Origin: a virus
Lineage: Duplodnaviria; Caudoviricetes
IMG/VR virus record: IMGVR_UViG_2930666980_000001
Span: 1 to 64,000 of that record
Strand: one strand, 5' to 3'
Length of the DNA: 64,000 nucleotides
Translations under genes and position numbers: made by a program
In this document: positions 38,290 to 47,593 of the stretch, one piece after another
How positions within the stretch are numbered: the stretch's first letter is position 1
Layout: the number at the start of each line of letters is the position of its first letter
Notes under the pieces: model-generated
Seen by the model: the letters and a program-made list of their open reading frames with translations, nothing else
Databases searched by the model: none
Told to the model about the DNA's origin: nothing

Positions 38290-38826
38290 ATGACCGCGAC
38301 CATCCCCGCCACCGCCACCGCCGCCGCAGGCCGCGCCCGGGACCTCGCCGAGCTCATCACCGAGCGCGCCGCCCTCCACCCCGCCAGCGAGGCACTCCTC
38401 AAGATCGCGGACCTGCTGACCACCGCCGCCACGAGCCTCGAGACGACGGACGCCCCGGTCATGGACGGCATCACCGTCACCAACACCACCCCGGCAGAAG
38501 CCGTCTTCGCCCTGATGGACGCGCAGGCAGTCGCCCTGGGCAACCCGAACTCCGGCATCTCCGACCACGTCATGTGGTACGTCACCGCGCCGATCACCCG
38601 CCGCGTCCCGGAGCTCGAGCAGCTCAACCCCGTCAGCACCCAGCTCGTCCGGCAGGAGGCCAGCCTCCGCACCCGCATCGCCCTCGCCGCCGCCGAGCTC
38701 GAGACCACCGCCGACGCGGACACCCGCCGCGACGTGCTCGAGGCCCTCCTGAACCTGCACCGCATGTTCGACCGCCTCGCCGACTCCGTCGCCGTCGACA
38801 ACAACCGGCCCTGCAACCGCCGCTGA
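38290..38826 (+). CDS. Helical hypothetical protein
   Basis: RBS gagg; first gene after P5. Confidence 0.7.
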   Translation: MTATIPATATAAAGRARDLAELITERAALHPASEALLKIADLLTTAATSLETTDAPVMDGITVTNTTPAEAVFALMDAQAVALGNPNSGISDHVMWYVTAPITRRVPELEQLNPVSTQLVRQEASLRTRIALAAAELETTADADTRRDVLEALLNLHRMFDRLADSVAVDNNRPCNRR

Positions 38827-38904
38827 CGCCCCCCGGCGGGGCCGCCCACCCCGGGCGGCCCCGGCCCCTCCCAACATCCGCCACACGCGAACTGGAGCCC
38901 TGCC

Positions 38905-39654
38905 ATGCGCACCTACGCCACCGCCCAGCAGACCGGTACCGACCCCGTCCAGTGCGACGCCACCGCCGTGCACACCGCGCCGTCCGGCGCCCGGGCGTAC
39001 GTCCTGCTCGACGGCATCGGTCGCAGCCAGGGAATTCGCGAGTGGACCCGCACCGCTGCCCGCCAGGTCGCCCGGGCCGCCTCCCGTCGCGGCGACGCGG
39101 AGGCCGGTCTCCGCCACGTCTACAACCGCTACGCCGCCGAGCGCGCCGTACACGGCAGCGGCCCGAAGGCGGCGGCCGTCGTCGTCGTCACCGCCCCCGG
39201 CAAGCCCACGACGATCGCCTGGTGCGGCGACTCCCGCGCCTACTCGATCCGCCACGGAGTAGCCCACCAGCTCACCGCAGACCACAACCTGCGCCGCGTC
39301 TACCCGCCCTGCACCGTGTTCCCGGAGGGCGGCAACCGGAACCGGATCACCTCCTGCCTCGGCTCCACCGCCACCGACCAGGACGTCATGAACGTCTACG
39401 GACACCCGGCGATCGAGGCCACCACGTGCCACGCCGACACTCACCGCCTCGTCCTCGCCTCCGACGGCGCATACGAACCCCACGCCGATGCCGGCCGAGA
39501 CCTCGCCAGCGAGCTCGTAGGCCTGCCCGGCGAGGCCGCCCGCGCCTTCACCGCCAGCGCCGTACACCGGGCCGCCGCCACGACGAGGGCCCTCGACCCG
39601 AACCGGGCTTACGCGGACAACGCCACCGTCCTGGTCGCCGACATCCGCCCCTGA
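38905..39654 (+). CDS. PP2C/PPM-family protein phosphatase-like
   Basis: LLDGIG, AWCGDSRAY, QLTADH, LVLASDG, DNATV motifs. Confidence 0.88.
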   Translation: MRTYATAQQTGTDPVQCDATAVHTAPSGARAYVLLDGIGRSQGIREWTRTAARQVARAASRRGDAEAGLRHVYNRYAAERAVHGSGPKAAAVVVVTAPGKPTTIAWCGDSRAYSIRHGVAHQLTADHNLRRVYPPCTVFPEGGNRNRITSCLGSTATDQDVMNVYGHPAIEATTCHADTHRLVLASDGAYEPHADAGRDLASELVGLPGEAARAFTASAVHRAAATTRALDPNRAYADNATVLVADIRP

Positions 39655-39753
39655 TCTTGACCGGCCGGGTGTCCGGGCGTGTCCGCCCCCTCTCCGCGGA
39701 CACGTCCGGACACCCGGCCGACACCCGACCAGCACACGACGAAAGGCGCACCC

Positions 39754-40695
39754 ATGGCCACCATCGAAATCACGCACTCCGCCGCTGCCGGCACGCTCGT
39801 CGACGGCGACACCGAGAAGGGCGACGGCACCGGCGACATCCTCAAGCGCTACGGCTTCAAGTGGTTCCGCTCCCTCCAGCAGTACGGGCACCCCCACAGC
39901 CGAGACCGCGCCCCGCGCGTCGTCGCCATCGAGGCCGCCGCCGACGAGCTCCGCGAAGCCGGACACACCGTCACCACCCAGTACGACGACGAGGTCCGCG
40001 ACAACACCACCGTGAAGGCGGCGGCCCACGAGCGGCTCGAGGACCGGCGCGACCGGCTCGAGGCGAAGGGCGAGAAGCTGACCCGCGACGCCGAGAGCCT
40101 CCGCAGGTCGTCCGACGCCATGGTCGAACACCTCCCGCTGGGACAGCCCGTCTTCCCCGGCGCCCGCGGTCGCGCGCACCGCAACCTGCTCGAGCGGTCC
40201 GTGACCACCTCGATCAAGTCCGCGCTGACCGCGCAGGAAGCCGAGCGCATGCCGGCACGCGTCGCCGGGTCACGCCGCGCGGAGGCGTACAAGGAGCTCC
40301 CCGCCGTCGTCGCCCGCAGGGTGAAGCGGCTCGAGGCCGAGCTCCGCAGCCTCGACCGCCGCATGGCCGAGCTCGGCAAGTTCGAGAGCACGAAGTCCGG
40401 CCGTCTCCTGCGCCAGTACGAGGGAGAGCGCGCCGTCCTGGTCGAGCGCATCGAGGGCGACCGCAAGGTGCTCGAGCAGGCGAAGGCCGAAGGCCGCTTC
40501 GGCCGGTACTCGAAGGAGAACGTCCACAAGGGCGACCGGGTCCTGGTGCGCGGCCAGTGGCGGACCGTCGCCCGCGCCAACGCGAAGACCGTCAGCGTCA
40601 CCACCGGCTACTCGTGGACCGACGGCTACGGCTGGGAGGAGGTCACCGACCTCCGCTGTGCCCACGTCGACGACGCAGCGGACGCCAAGGGCTGA
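39754..40695 (+). CDS. DUF3560-like protein
   Basis: LK.YGFKWFRS, ERLEDRRDRLE.K, HLPLGQPV, RRVKRLEAELR; SH3-like C-terminus. Confidence 0.8.
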   Translation: MATIEITHSAAAGTLVDGDTEKGDGTGDILKRYGFKWFRSLQQYGHPHSRDRAPRVVAIEAAADELREAGHTVTTQYDDEVRDNTTVKAAAHERLEDRRDRLEAKGEKLTRDAESLRRSSDAMVEHLPLGQPVFPGARGRAHRNLLERSVTTSIKSALTAQEAERMPARVAGSRRAEAYKELPAVVARRVKRLEAELRSLDRRMAELGKFESTKSGRLLRQYEGERAVLVERIEGDRKVLEQAKAEGRFGRYSKENVHKGDRVLVRGQWRTVARANAKTVSVTTGYSWTDGYGWEEVTDLRCAHVDDAADAKG

Positions 40696-40856
40696 CCCAC
40701 CCTCGCGGACATGTCCGGGCCTCCTCGTCCGGACATGTCCGCACCGTGTCCCACCTGCATGGACACCACCCCGCCGGACACCGGCCCGGACGCCCCGGGC
40801 CGTGCACGGACACCCCTCCCCGGACACGTCCGGACACTCGAGAGGACACCCCCCCC

Positions 40857-41420
40857 ATGCCCGACATCCTCACCCCCGTGCCGGCCGTCGACCGATGCCC
40901 GCAGAACGCCCCCGACGGCGGCCACATGATGAAGCCGACCGCCCTCTCCGCGGTACGGTCCTGCGCCTACTGCGGCACCCCGGAGCAGCCGACCGGCCTC
41001 CTCGTCGTCATCCCCTGCGCCGCCCGCAAGCTCGACCGCCCGGCCCCGGCCGGAGAGCTTTACCAGGGCAGCTATCACCGCGCCTGCCGGCAGACCGCCG
41101 ACGCCCTGACCGCCGACGGCGGCACGACCGTCATCCTCTCCGGCCTCCACGGCATCCTGCCGCTGTACCGGACCGTCGAGCCGTACGAGATGCGCATGGG
41201 CGACCCCGGCAGCGTCACCGCCGACCAGCTCCGCGACCAGGCCCGCACGCTCGGCCTCGCCGACGCCCGCACGGTCGTCGTCCTCGCCGGAGCCCTCTAC
41301 GTCGACGCCGCACGGCAGGTCTGGCCCCACGCCTTCGCCCCGCTCACCGGCCGCGGTATCGGCCGTCAGCTCCGGCGCCTCGTCGAGCTCCGCGCCGAAC
41401 CCCTCTTCCCCCTGGTCTGA
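40857..41420 (+). CDS. DUF6884-like protein
   Basis: VIPCAARK...PAGELYQG, ILSGLHGI...EPYEMRM, LAGALY, GIGRQ. Confidence 0.8.
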   Translation: MPDILTPVPAVDRCPQNAPDGGHMMKPTALSAVRSCAYCGTPEQPTGLLVVIPCAARKLDRPAPAGELYQGSYHRACRQTADALTADGGTTVILSGLHGILPLYRTVEPYEMRMGDPGSVTADQLRDQARTLGLADARTVVVLAGALYVDAARQVWPHAFAPLTGRGIGRQLRRLVELRAEPLFPLV

Positions 41421-41468
41421 CCACCCCGGCCGGGCGACCGCCCGCCCCCGCACCCTCATGGAGAACCC

Positions 41469-42155
41469 GTGTCCCTGTTACTCCTCCTCGCCCTCGTCGG
41501 CGCCGCCGCATACGCCTGGCGCCGCTACAACGACCGCCCCGGCCCCGGTGCCTCCGCCGCCGCCCGCGCCCGCCAGCTCCGCACCCCCCTGGTCCGCCTC
41601 GCCGACCTCCTCGGCATCGACACCCAGGCCGGGCGCCTCGCCCGCCGCTACGACGCAGGCGCGGAGGGAGAGCGGCGAGCAGCCGCCCGCCTCGAGGACC
41701 TGATCCGCGACGGCTGGACGATCCTCTACGACCGCGCCCTCCCGCGCGGCCGGGCGAACGTCGACGCCCTCGCGATCAGCCCGACCGGCGCCGTGTTCCT
41801 CCTCGACCCCAAGAAGTGGACCGGCCGCTTCCCGCTCAGCGTCCGTGCCGGCCGACTCTGGCACGGCAAGGTCGACGTCACCGACCGGCTCGACGGCGTA
41901 CTCCACGAACGCGACACCGTCGCCCGCCTCCTGGACGTCAAGGTCACCACGATCGTCTCCATGGAGGGTCCCCAGCTCGTCGGCCCTCACGGGCGCCCCG
42001 CCACACAGCTCGAGTTCCGGGGCGTCCGGATCGTCCCGGCCGAACGGCTGCCCCACGTCCTCCGCGCCTCCGGCCGGATCCCCGGACAGCGCCGCGCCGC
42101 CGCCCTGGTCGCGACGGCGGAGCGCGTCCTCCCGCACTACCCGCGACGACGGTGA
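41469..42155 (+). CDS. NERD-domain nuclease-like protein with N-terminal TM
   Basis: GAEGE...GW.ILYDR.LP...NVDAL.I.P.G.VFLLDPKKW; TTA at codon 4. Confidence 0.88.
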   Translation: MSLLLLLALVGAAAYAWRRYNDRPGPGASAAARARQLRTPLVRLADLLGIDTQAGRLARRYDAGAEGERRAAARLEDLIRDGWTILYDRALPRGRANVDALAISPTGAVFLLDPKKWTGRFPLSVRAGRLWHGKVDVTDRLDGVLHERDTVARLLDVKVTTIVSMEGPQLVGPHGRPATQLEFRGVRIVPAERLPHVLRASGRIPGQRRAAALVATAERVLPHYPRRR

Positions 42156-42222
42156 AAAGGGACCGAAGGGACTCGACTCGCCGATAGCCTGACCCGACCG
42201 CACCCCCACCGAGGAGCACACG

Positions 42223-42705
42223 ATGGGCGCCTGCCTCACCCCTACTACCGACATGCAGCCCTGGTACAACGTCGAGATCAGCACGAGCCACGCCGAGCTC
42301 ACTGCGACGACCTACCTGCGCGGCTGGTACCGCATCCGTGAGGAAGGCGGCGCGAAGGACTGGCGCGAGATCGCCGACGGCGCCAGCTACACCGACGAGG
42401 AGCGCGCCGCCGCCTGGATCACGTACGGCCCTTCGACGTTCGCCACCCCGGCCGCCCCGGCCGCCGCTCTCCTGGCGACCCTCCAGCAGATCGCCGACCA
42501 CCCGGCCTACGACCGATGGCGGAAGGAGGGCGGCGAGCCGACACCGACCGGCGTCCGCGCCCAGCTCGGCGACGACGGCCGACTCACACTCGTCGGCGCG
42601 TTCATCCGGCACCCGTCCGCCAAGGACGGTGACCACCTGCACAGCGTCGAGGTGTTGTTCAGCGACATCGCGCCTCTGCTCGAGGCCGTCGCACCTCTCG
42701 CCTGA
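42223..42705 (+). CDS. Hypothetical protein
   Basis: RBS gaggag; C-terminus shared with 43342-43707. Confidence 0.7.
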   Translation: MGACLTPTTDMQPWYNVEISTSHAELTATTYLRGWYRIREEGGAKDWREIADGASYTDEERAAAWITYGPSTFATPAAPAAALLATLQQIADHPAYDRWRKEGGEPTPTGVRAQLGDDGRLTLVGAFIRHPSAKDGDHLHSVEVLFSDIAPLLEAVAPLA

Positions 42706-42892
42706 CCGCACCCCTCCCCGAAGGGCCTGCCGGGGAGGGGAGTCAGTCGCCGAGCAGGGCACGGCGGACGAACAGTGTTCCGCCGTCGGTGTGCTGCCCG
42801 TCCTGTTACGGTGATCTAAATCGCCGGTTCGCTGGCGCACCTCCACGCTGCTGGCTATGGGCCGGGCGAGAGGTGAACGCATAGGAGTCCCT

Positions 42893-43345
42893 ATGCCGCT
42901 CGACCTCCCCATGAACGACTCCCACCGCGCGTACGTCCACGCGGTCGCCGCAGCACTCAACGCGGCCGGAGTCCCCATCACTGATGTTGACTTCCTTGAC
43001 GACGTGTTCGATGACGGCGACCCGCTCCGGGGTGCCCTCACCGTCATCGACGCCGCCAGGACGGCCGCCGCTTACCCCGACCGGATGGTCTGGGCGGAAT
43101 GGGACGAGCGGGACGGCTGGGACCTCGCGGTCTACGACCCGAAAACGAAGCTGATCGTGTGCACGCACACCTTGTGCACCGAGGTCCTGCCGGCTCCCGC
43201 TGACGTGGCAGCGACCACCGTCGCCGTGCTCGCCGCGCACCCCTCCGCCTCGACCAAGTTGGAGCGCCCCATCCTCAGCACGTGGAACGAGGCCCTGGAA
43301 GAGGCCCTCGACTCCTACACCCGCACCTCGAAGGAGATGGGATGA
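42893..43345 (+). CDS. DUF6292-like protein
   Basis: HRAYVHAVAAAL...WDERDGW...VLPAPADVA. Confidence 0.6.
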   Translation: MPLDLPMNDSHRAYVHAVAAALNAAGVPITDVDFLDDVFDDGDPLRGALTVIDAARTAAAYPDRMVWAEWDERDGWDLAVYDPKTKLIVCTHTLCTEVLPAPADVAATTVAVLAAHPSASTKLERPILSTWNEALEEALDSYTRTSKEMG

Positions 43346-43707
43346 GCCTGCCCGACTACTTCAAGAATCAGCTGCCGGAGGGCATCCGGCAGATGGTTGA
43401 CCACCCTGACTTCAACCCGTGGGGCGAGATGGTGGACGCCTACACGCACTGGGCGCAGTACACCTATCCGATGGACACAGGGGACGGCGATCCGTCGGAC
43501 ACGATGCTGGCCACTGTCATGGGAGTCGAGCCCATGTCGGTCGAGGTGGGCCAGTCGGTTTGCCTGTACGGAGTGTGGGTTCAGGTGGCGTCTGTGAAAA
43601 CGGAGACAGAGAAGTCGGTCGACGACGGCCGTCTGATCACGTTCCACACGGTCGAGGTCCTGCTCAGCGACATCCCGCCCCTCGACGCCGTCGCACCCCC
43701 CGCCTGA
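43342..43707 (+). CDS. Hypothetical protein
   Basis: ATGA coupling; lower GC3 than neighbours. Confidence 0.65.
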   Translation: MSLPDYFKNQLPEGIRQMVDHPDFNPWGEMVDAYTHWAQYTYPMDTGDGDPSDTMLATVMGVEPMSVEVGQSVCLYGVWVQVASVKTETEKSVDDGRLITFHTVEVLLSDIPPLDAVAPPA

Positions 43708-43833
43708 CCGCACCCCCTCCGAAGGGCCTGCCGGCATCTGCCCGGTGGGCCCTTTCGCATGCCCCGGCCCGCCCGGCCGGCATGGGCTTATCCTTCTGCG
43801 CCGCAAACCGCCCGCAACCAGGGGATTTCGCTC

Positions 43834-44667
43834 ATGACCACAGCCACCTATGTCCGCACGGAGCCGCTCCAGCTCGGCGACCTCTCCCCGTACCCGGGCA
43901 ACGCGAAGAGGGGCGACGTCGGCGCGATCCTCGAATCCCTCTGCCGTAACGGCCAGTACCGCAGCTTGATCGTCCGCGAGGCCCCGCCGGGGGAGTACAC
44001 CGTCCTCGCGGGCAACCACACGCTCCAGGCCCTCGCCGCCCACGGCCCCGGCCCCTGCGGCCTCACCGTCAAGGTCGACGGCGAGGAACGCCCCTGCGCC
44101 GTCTGCCGCGGCGAGGAGTGGGAGCCGCAGGCCCGTTGCGAGATCGTCCACTGCGACGTCGACACCGCCCGCCGCGTGAACCTCGTCGACAACCGCACCG
44201 CCGAGCTCGGCGACTGGGACGAGGAGGCACTCGCCGAGCTCCTCGGCCAGCTCGGCGACGACATGGGCGGGACCGGCTACGACACCGGAGACCTCGAGGA
44301 CCTGCTCACCGCCCTCGAGGACGCGACCGACGCCCCCGACGACGAGGACGAGGACCAGGAGCAGCCCGGCGGCCCCGGCGCCGGTGACGGCGACCGCCCC
44401 GCATCGCCCGGCCCGAACGCGGACGGCACTTCGACGCTCCCGCCCGGCCAAGTGCAGATGGTGCTGACGTACACCGTCGCCGACCGCGACGAGGCCGCCC
44501 GGCTCATCTCCTCCGCCCGCGAGCAGGCATACGAGGCGGCCGGAGCACCGGAGGTCATCCTCAACGCGCTCCGCGGCCTCGCCGCCATCCTCCGCCACCG
44601 CGAACACCCGGACCGCGCCGTCACCGTGGCGCAGCTCCTGCGCGCTGCCGGCATCACCACCGAGTGA
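43834..44667 (+). CDS. ParB/Srx N-terminal domain protein (copy 1)
   Basis: L.PYPGNAKRGDV..I.ESL..NGQYR.L, VLAGNHT, LVDNRTAELGDWD. Confidence 0.88.
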   Translation: MTTATYVRTEPLQLGDLSPYPGNAKRGDVGAILESLCRNGQYRSLIVREAPPGEYTVLAGNHTLQALAAHGPGPCGLTVKVDGEERPCAVCRGEEWEPQARCEIVHCDVDTARRVNLVDNRTAELGDWDEEALAELLGQLGDDMGGTGYDTGDLEDLLTALEDATDAPDDEDEDQEQPGGPGAGDGDRPASPGPNADGTSTLPPGQVQMVLTYTVADRDEAARLISSAREQAYEAAGAPEVILNALRGLAAILRHREHPDRAVTVAQLLRAAGITTE

Positions 44668-44680
44668 AGGCGAGACGACC

Positions 44681-45457
44681 ATGACGACCGTCCTCCTGCC
44701 CCCGCCCACCACGACCCGCCCCGCCGTCCCACGGCCCCGTCGACCACGGCGGCCGAACAGGCTCCTCGGCCAGAACAGCGAGATGCGCGCCGACGGCGTA
44801 TGGAACTGGACGCTCCCGGCCCTCGCGACCCGCCTCCCAGACGGCCGGACCGTCAACACCTGCCCGGCCGCCGGAGTCTGCGCCCTCGCCTGTTACGCGA
44901 GGTCAGGGGCTTACCGCTTCCCCAACGTCGTCGCCCGCCACCAACAGAACCTGGAGTACGTCCTCGACGACCTCCCCGGCTGGCAACGGCAGATGGCGGC
45001 CGAGCTCGCCCACCCCCGATACCGCGGCGGCTGGATCCGCGTACACGACTCAGGGGACTTTTTCAGCGACCACTACCTCGCCGCCTGGCTCCGTCTGATG
45101 GCCTTCCGACCAGCCGTTTCCTACTACTGCTACACCAAGGAAGTCCGGCGGTTCCGCCGTCTCGTCGAGCCCGCTCCGCCCCGCAACTTCCGCTGGGTCT
45201 ACAGCAAGGGCGGCAAGGAGGACCACCTCCTGCGGCCGGGCGACCGCGTCGCCGACGTCTTCACCGACGACGCCGCGATCAGGGCAGCGGGCTACCACTC
45301 CCAGGACGCCAGCGACCTCCTCGCCGTCCTCGGCCCCGCCCCCGTCGGCATCCCGGCGAACAACATCCCCCAGTACCGGAAGCGCATGGCCGGCAGGAGC
45401 TTCGGCGAATGGCAGGCAGAGCGCGACGCCAAGCGCGCCAGCAGGCACCCCGGCTGA
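44681..45457 (+). CDS. Phage Gp88-family protein (Cys triad, radical-SAM-like)
   Basis: TCPAAGVCALACYA, IRVHDSGDFFS, YCYTK. Confidence 0.85.
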   Translation: MTTVLLPPPTTTRPAVPRPRRPRRPNRLLGQNSEMRADGVWNWTLPALATRLPDGRTVNTCPAAGVCALACYARSGAYRFPNVVARHQQNLEYVLDDLPGWQRQMAAELAHPRYRGGWIRVHDSGDFFSDHYLAAWLRLMAFRPAVSYYCYTKEVRRFRRLVEPAPPRNFRWVYSKGGKEDHLLRPGDRVADVFTDDAAIRAAGYHSQDASDLLAVLGPAPVGIPANNIPQYRKRMAGRSFGEWQAERDAKRASRHPG

Positions 45458-45536
45458 CCCTCCGTCTGCTCGCCGGGAGGGCCCGACGGGCCATGCCCTT
45501 ATCCTTCTGCGCCCCGCCCGCACCGAACCCGTGGAT

Positions 45537-46502
45537 ATGACCATGAGCCAGGCCACATACGTACGAACCGCCGAAGTCCCCATCGACCGACTCCAGCTCT
45601 TCCCCGGCAACGCGAAGAAGGGCGACATCCCGGCCATCCTCGACAGCCTCCGCCGCAACGCCCAGTACCGGTCGGTCGTCGCGCGGCAGCAGAAGAAGAC
45701 CCTCACGATCCTCGCGGGCAACAACACGCTCCTTGCCCTCCGCGAGCACGGCCCCGGCGACTGCGGCGTCACCTTCACCAGCGGAGGCGAGACCCTCCCG
45801 TGCGGCCTCTGCCGCAACACCGCGGCGTACAAGCCGACCCTCCGCACGGAGGTCTACGAGTGCGACGACGACACCGCCCGCCGCATCAACCTCGCCGACA
45901 ACAAGACCAGCGACGCCGGCACGTATGACGATGCTGCGCTGGCCGAGCTGCTCTCTGGCCTCGACGGCCTCGAGGGCACGGCGTACGACACCGACGAGCT
46001 CGACGAGCTCCTGAAAGCGACCGGCGCCCTCGGCGACGCCAGCAGCGAGTTCCTCAACTCCTTCATCGACCCGGACCCGCAGCCGACACCCACGCAGCCC
46101 GTGCCGGCAGGCGCCCCGGCCCTCAACCCGTTCTCAGCCGCTGACGTCCCGGCCGGGGCCCCGCAGACCGGCCCGGCCTCCTCGCTCCCGCAGACGGCCG
46201 CAGAAGGCGACCAGGAGCCCGCGACGGCGACCGCCCCGGCCCCGCACTCCCCGGGCGTCCACACCGGCCCGGAGGCCTACAGCGGCCCCGGCGCCCGCAT
46301 GCACCCCGGTGACCCCATCGCCCTCCCCGAGACGCCGCAGATGGTCCCGCTGCAATGGGTGTTCACCCTCGATCAGCGCGACACCGTCCGCGCCGCGATC
46401 AAGGCCGAGCAGGCAGCCGGAGGCCACGACACCGCCGCCCTCGCCCTCACCGCCATCTGCCGCGCCTACGTCGACGCCGCGACCCCCAGCGAGGACCAGT
46501 GA
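45537..46502 (+). CDS. ParB/Srx N-terminal domain protein (copy 2)
   Basis: FPGNAKKGDI..I.DSL..NAQYR, ILAGNNT, LADNKTSDAGTYD. Confidence 0.88.
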   Translation: MTMSQATYVRTAEVPIDRLQLFPGNAKKGDIPAILDSLRRNAQYRSVVARQQKKTLTILAGNNTLLALREHGPGDCGVTFTSGGETLPCGLCRNTAAYKPTLRTEVYECDDDTARRINLADNKTSDAGTYDDAALAELLSGLDGLEGTAYDTDELDELLKATGALGDASSEFLNSFIDPDPQPTPTQPVPAGAPALNPFSAADVPAGAPQTGPASSLPQTAAEGDQEPATATAPAPHSPGVHTGPEAYSGPGARMHPGDPIALPETPQMVPLQWVFTLDQRDTVRAAIKAEQAAGGHDTAALALTAICRAYVDAATPSEDQ

Positions 46503-47593
46503 CCGACCTCTCCCTGCTCCGCGGCCACCGCTGGCCCCCACACCCGACCCCCCAGGCCAACCACGCCGTCACGTCCGCCCTGTACTCCAGGGAGTGGACC
46601 GGCGGCCGGTACACCCGGGCCGCCGAGGACGCCCTCCGCGAACTGACCGGCGCCCCGCACGCCGTGGCGTTCCAGTCCTGCACCGCCGCGATCCACGCCG
46701 CGCTCCTCGCACACGGCGCCCGAGACGGCACCCCGCTCCACACCCCTGCCTTCGGCTTCGCCGGCACGCTCACCGGTGCCTCGCACATCGGGATGCGCCT
46801 GCTGTACCACGACGTCGACCCGGACACGGGCAACAGCATCGACCCGGCTGCAGCACCCGGCGCCCTCGTCCTCACCCCGGACCTGCACGGAGTGCCCCAC
46901 ACCCTGCCCCGCGCCGACGTCATCACCGACGCCTGCCAGGCCCTCGGCACGCTCGTCGACGGCCGGCACGTCGGAGCCGTCGGCACGCACTGCTGGTCGT
47001 TCTCGGCGACCAAGCTCGTCAGCGCCCCCGACGGCGGAGCCGTGACGACCGAAGACGAGGGCCTCGCCGACATCCTGCGGCAGCTCCGCGACTACGGAGC
47101 CGAGCCCGGGCCCGCCCGCGCCAACGCGAGGATCACCCGGCCCGGGCACAACTGGCGGCCCTCCGAACTGTCGATGGCGCTCGTCGCGGAGGAACTGACC
47201 TACCGCCTGCCCGACGCCGCCGCCCGCGCCCGCGAGGTCGGCGAGCAGGTACGCCAGACCCTCGCCGACGTCGGCCTCTGGCACCAGCAGGTCCCTGCCG
47301 GCACCGAACCGGCCTTCCACAAGCTCCGCACCGGCCTCCCCGGCCAGAGCACGACCGCCCTCCGCGCGGCCCTCGCCGGTCTGAACGTCCCCACCCACGA
47401 CTGGGGACGCCACCCGCTCCCCACGCACCCGCAGTTCTGGGAGCCCGGCCCGGAGCCGGACATCGCCGCGGCGGCCGAGCTCGCTGCCGGCACCTTCTGC
47501 CTGGGCACCGAAGCCTGCCCGCCCTGGACCTGGACGGCGGACGAGACAGACCTCGTCTGCATCACCATCGAAACGATCATGGAGTCCCTGTGA
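46499..47593 (+). CDS. DegT/DnrJ/EryC1/StrS PLP-dependent aminotransferase
   Basis: SCTAAIHAAL, DACQALG, SFSATKLVSAPDGGAV (PLP lysine), GHNWR. Confidence 0.92.
   Translation: MTDLSLLRGHRWPPHPTPQANHAVTSALYSREWTGGRYTRAAEDALRELTGAPHAVAFQSCTAAIHAALLAHGARDGTPLHTPAFGFAGTLTGASHIGMRLLYHDVDPDTGNSIDPAAAPGALVLTPDLHGVPHTLPRADVITDACQALGTLVDGRHVGAVGTHCWSFSATKLVSAPDGGAVTTEDEGLADILRQLRDYGAEPGPARANARITRPGHNWRPSELSMALVAEELTYRLPDAAARAREVGEQVRQTLADVGLWHQQVPAGTEPAFHKLRTGLPGQSTTALRAALAGLNVPTHDWGRHPLPTHPQFWEPGPEPDIAAAAELAAGTFCLGTEACPPWTWTADETDLVCITIETIMESL

Noticed and set aside
38220-40856. N-terminal part of the 1066-aa plus-strand ORF
   Set aside because: Arg/Pro-rich off-frame read across three real genes; only 40857-41420 looks coding.
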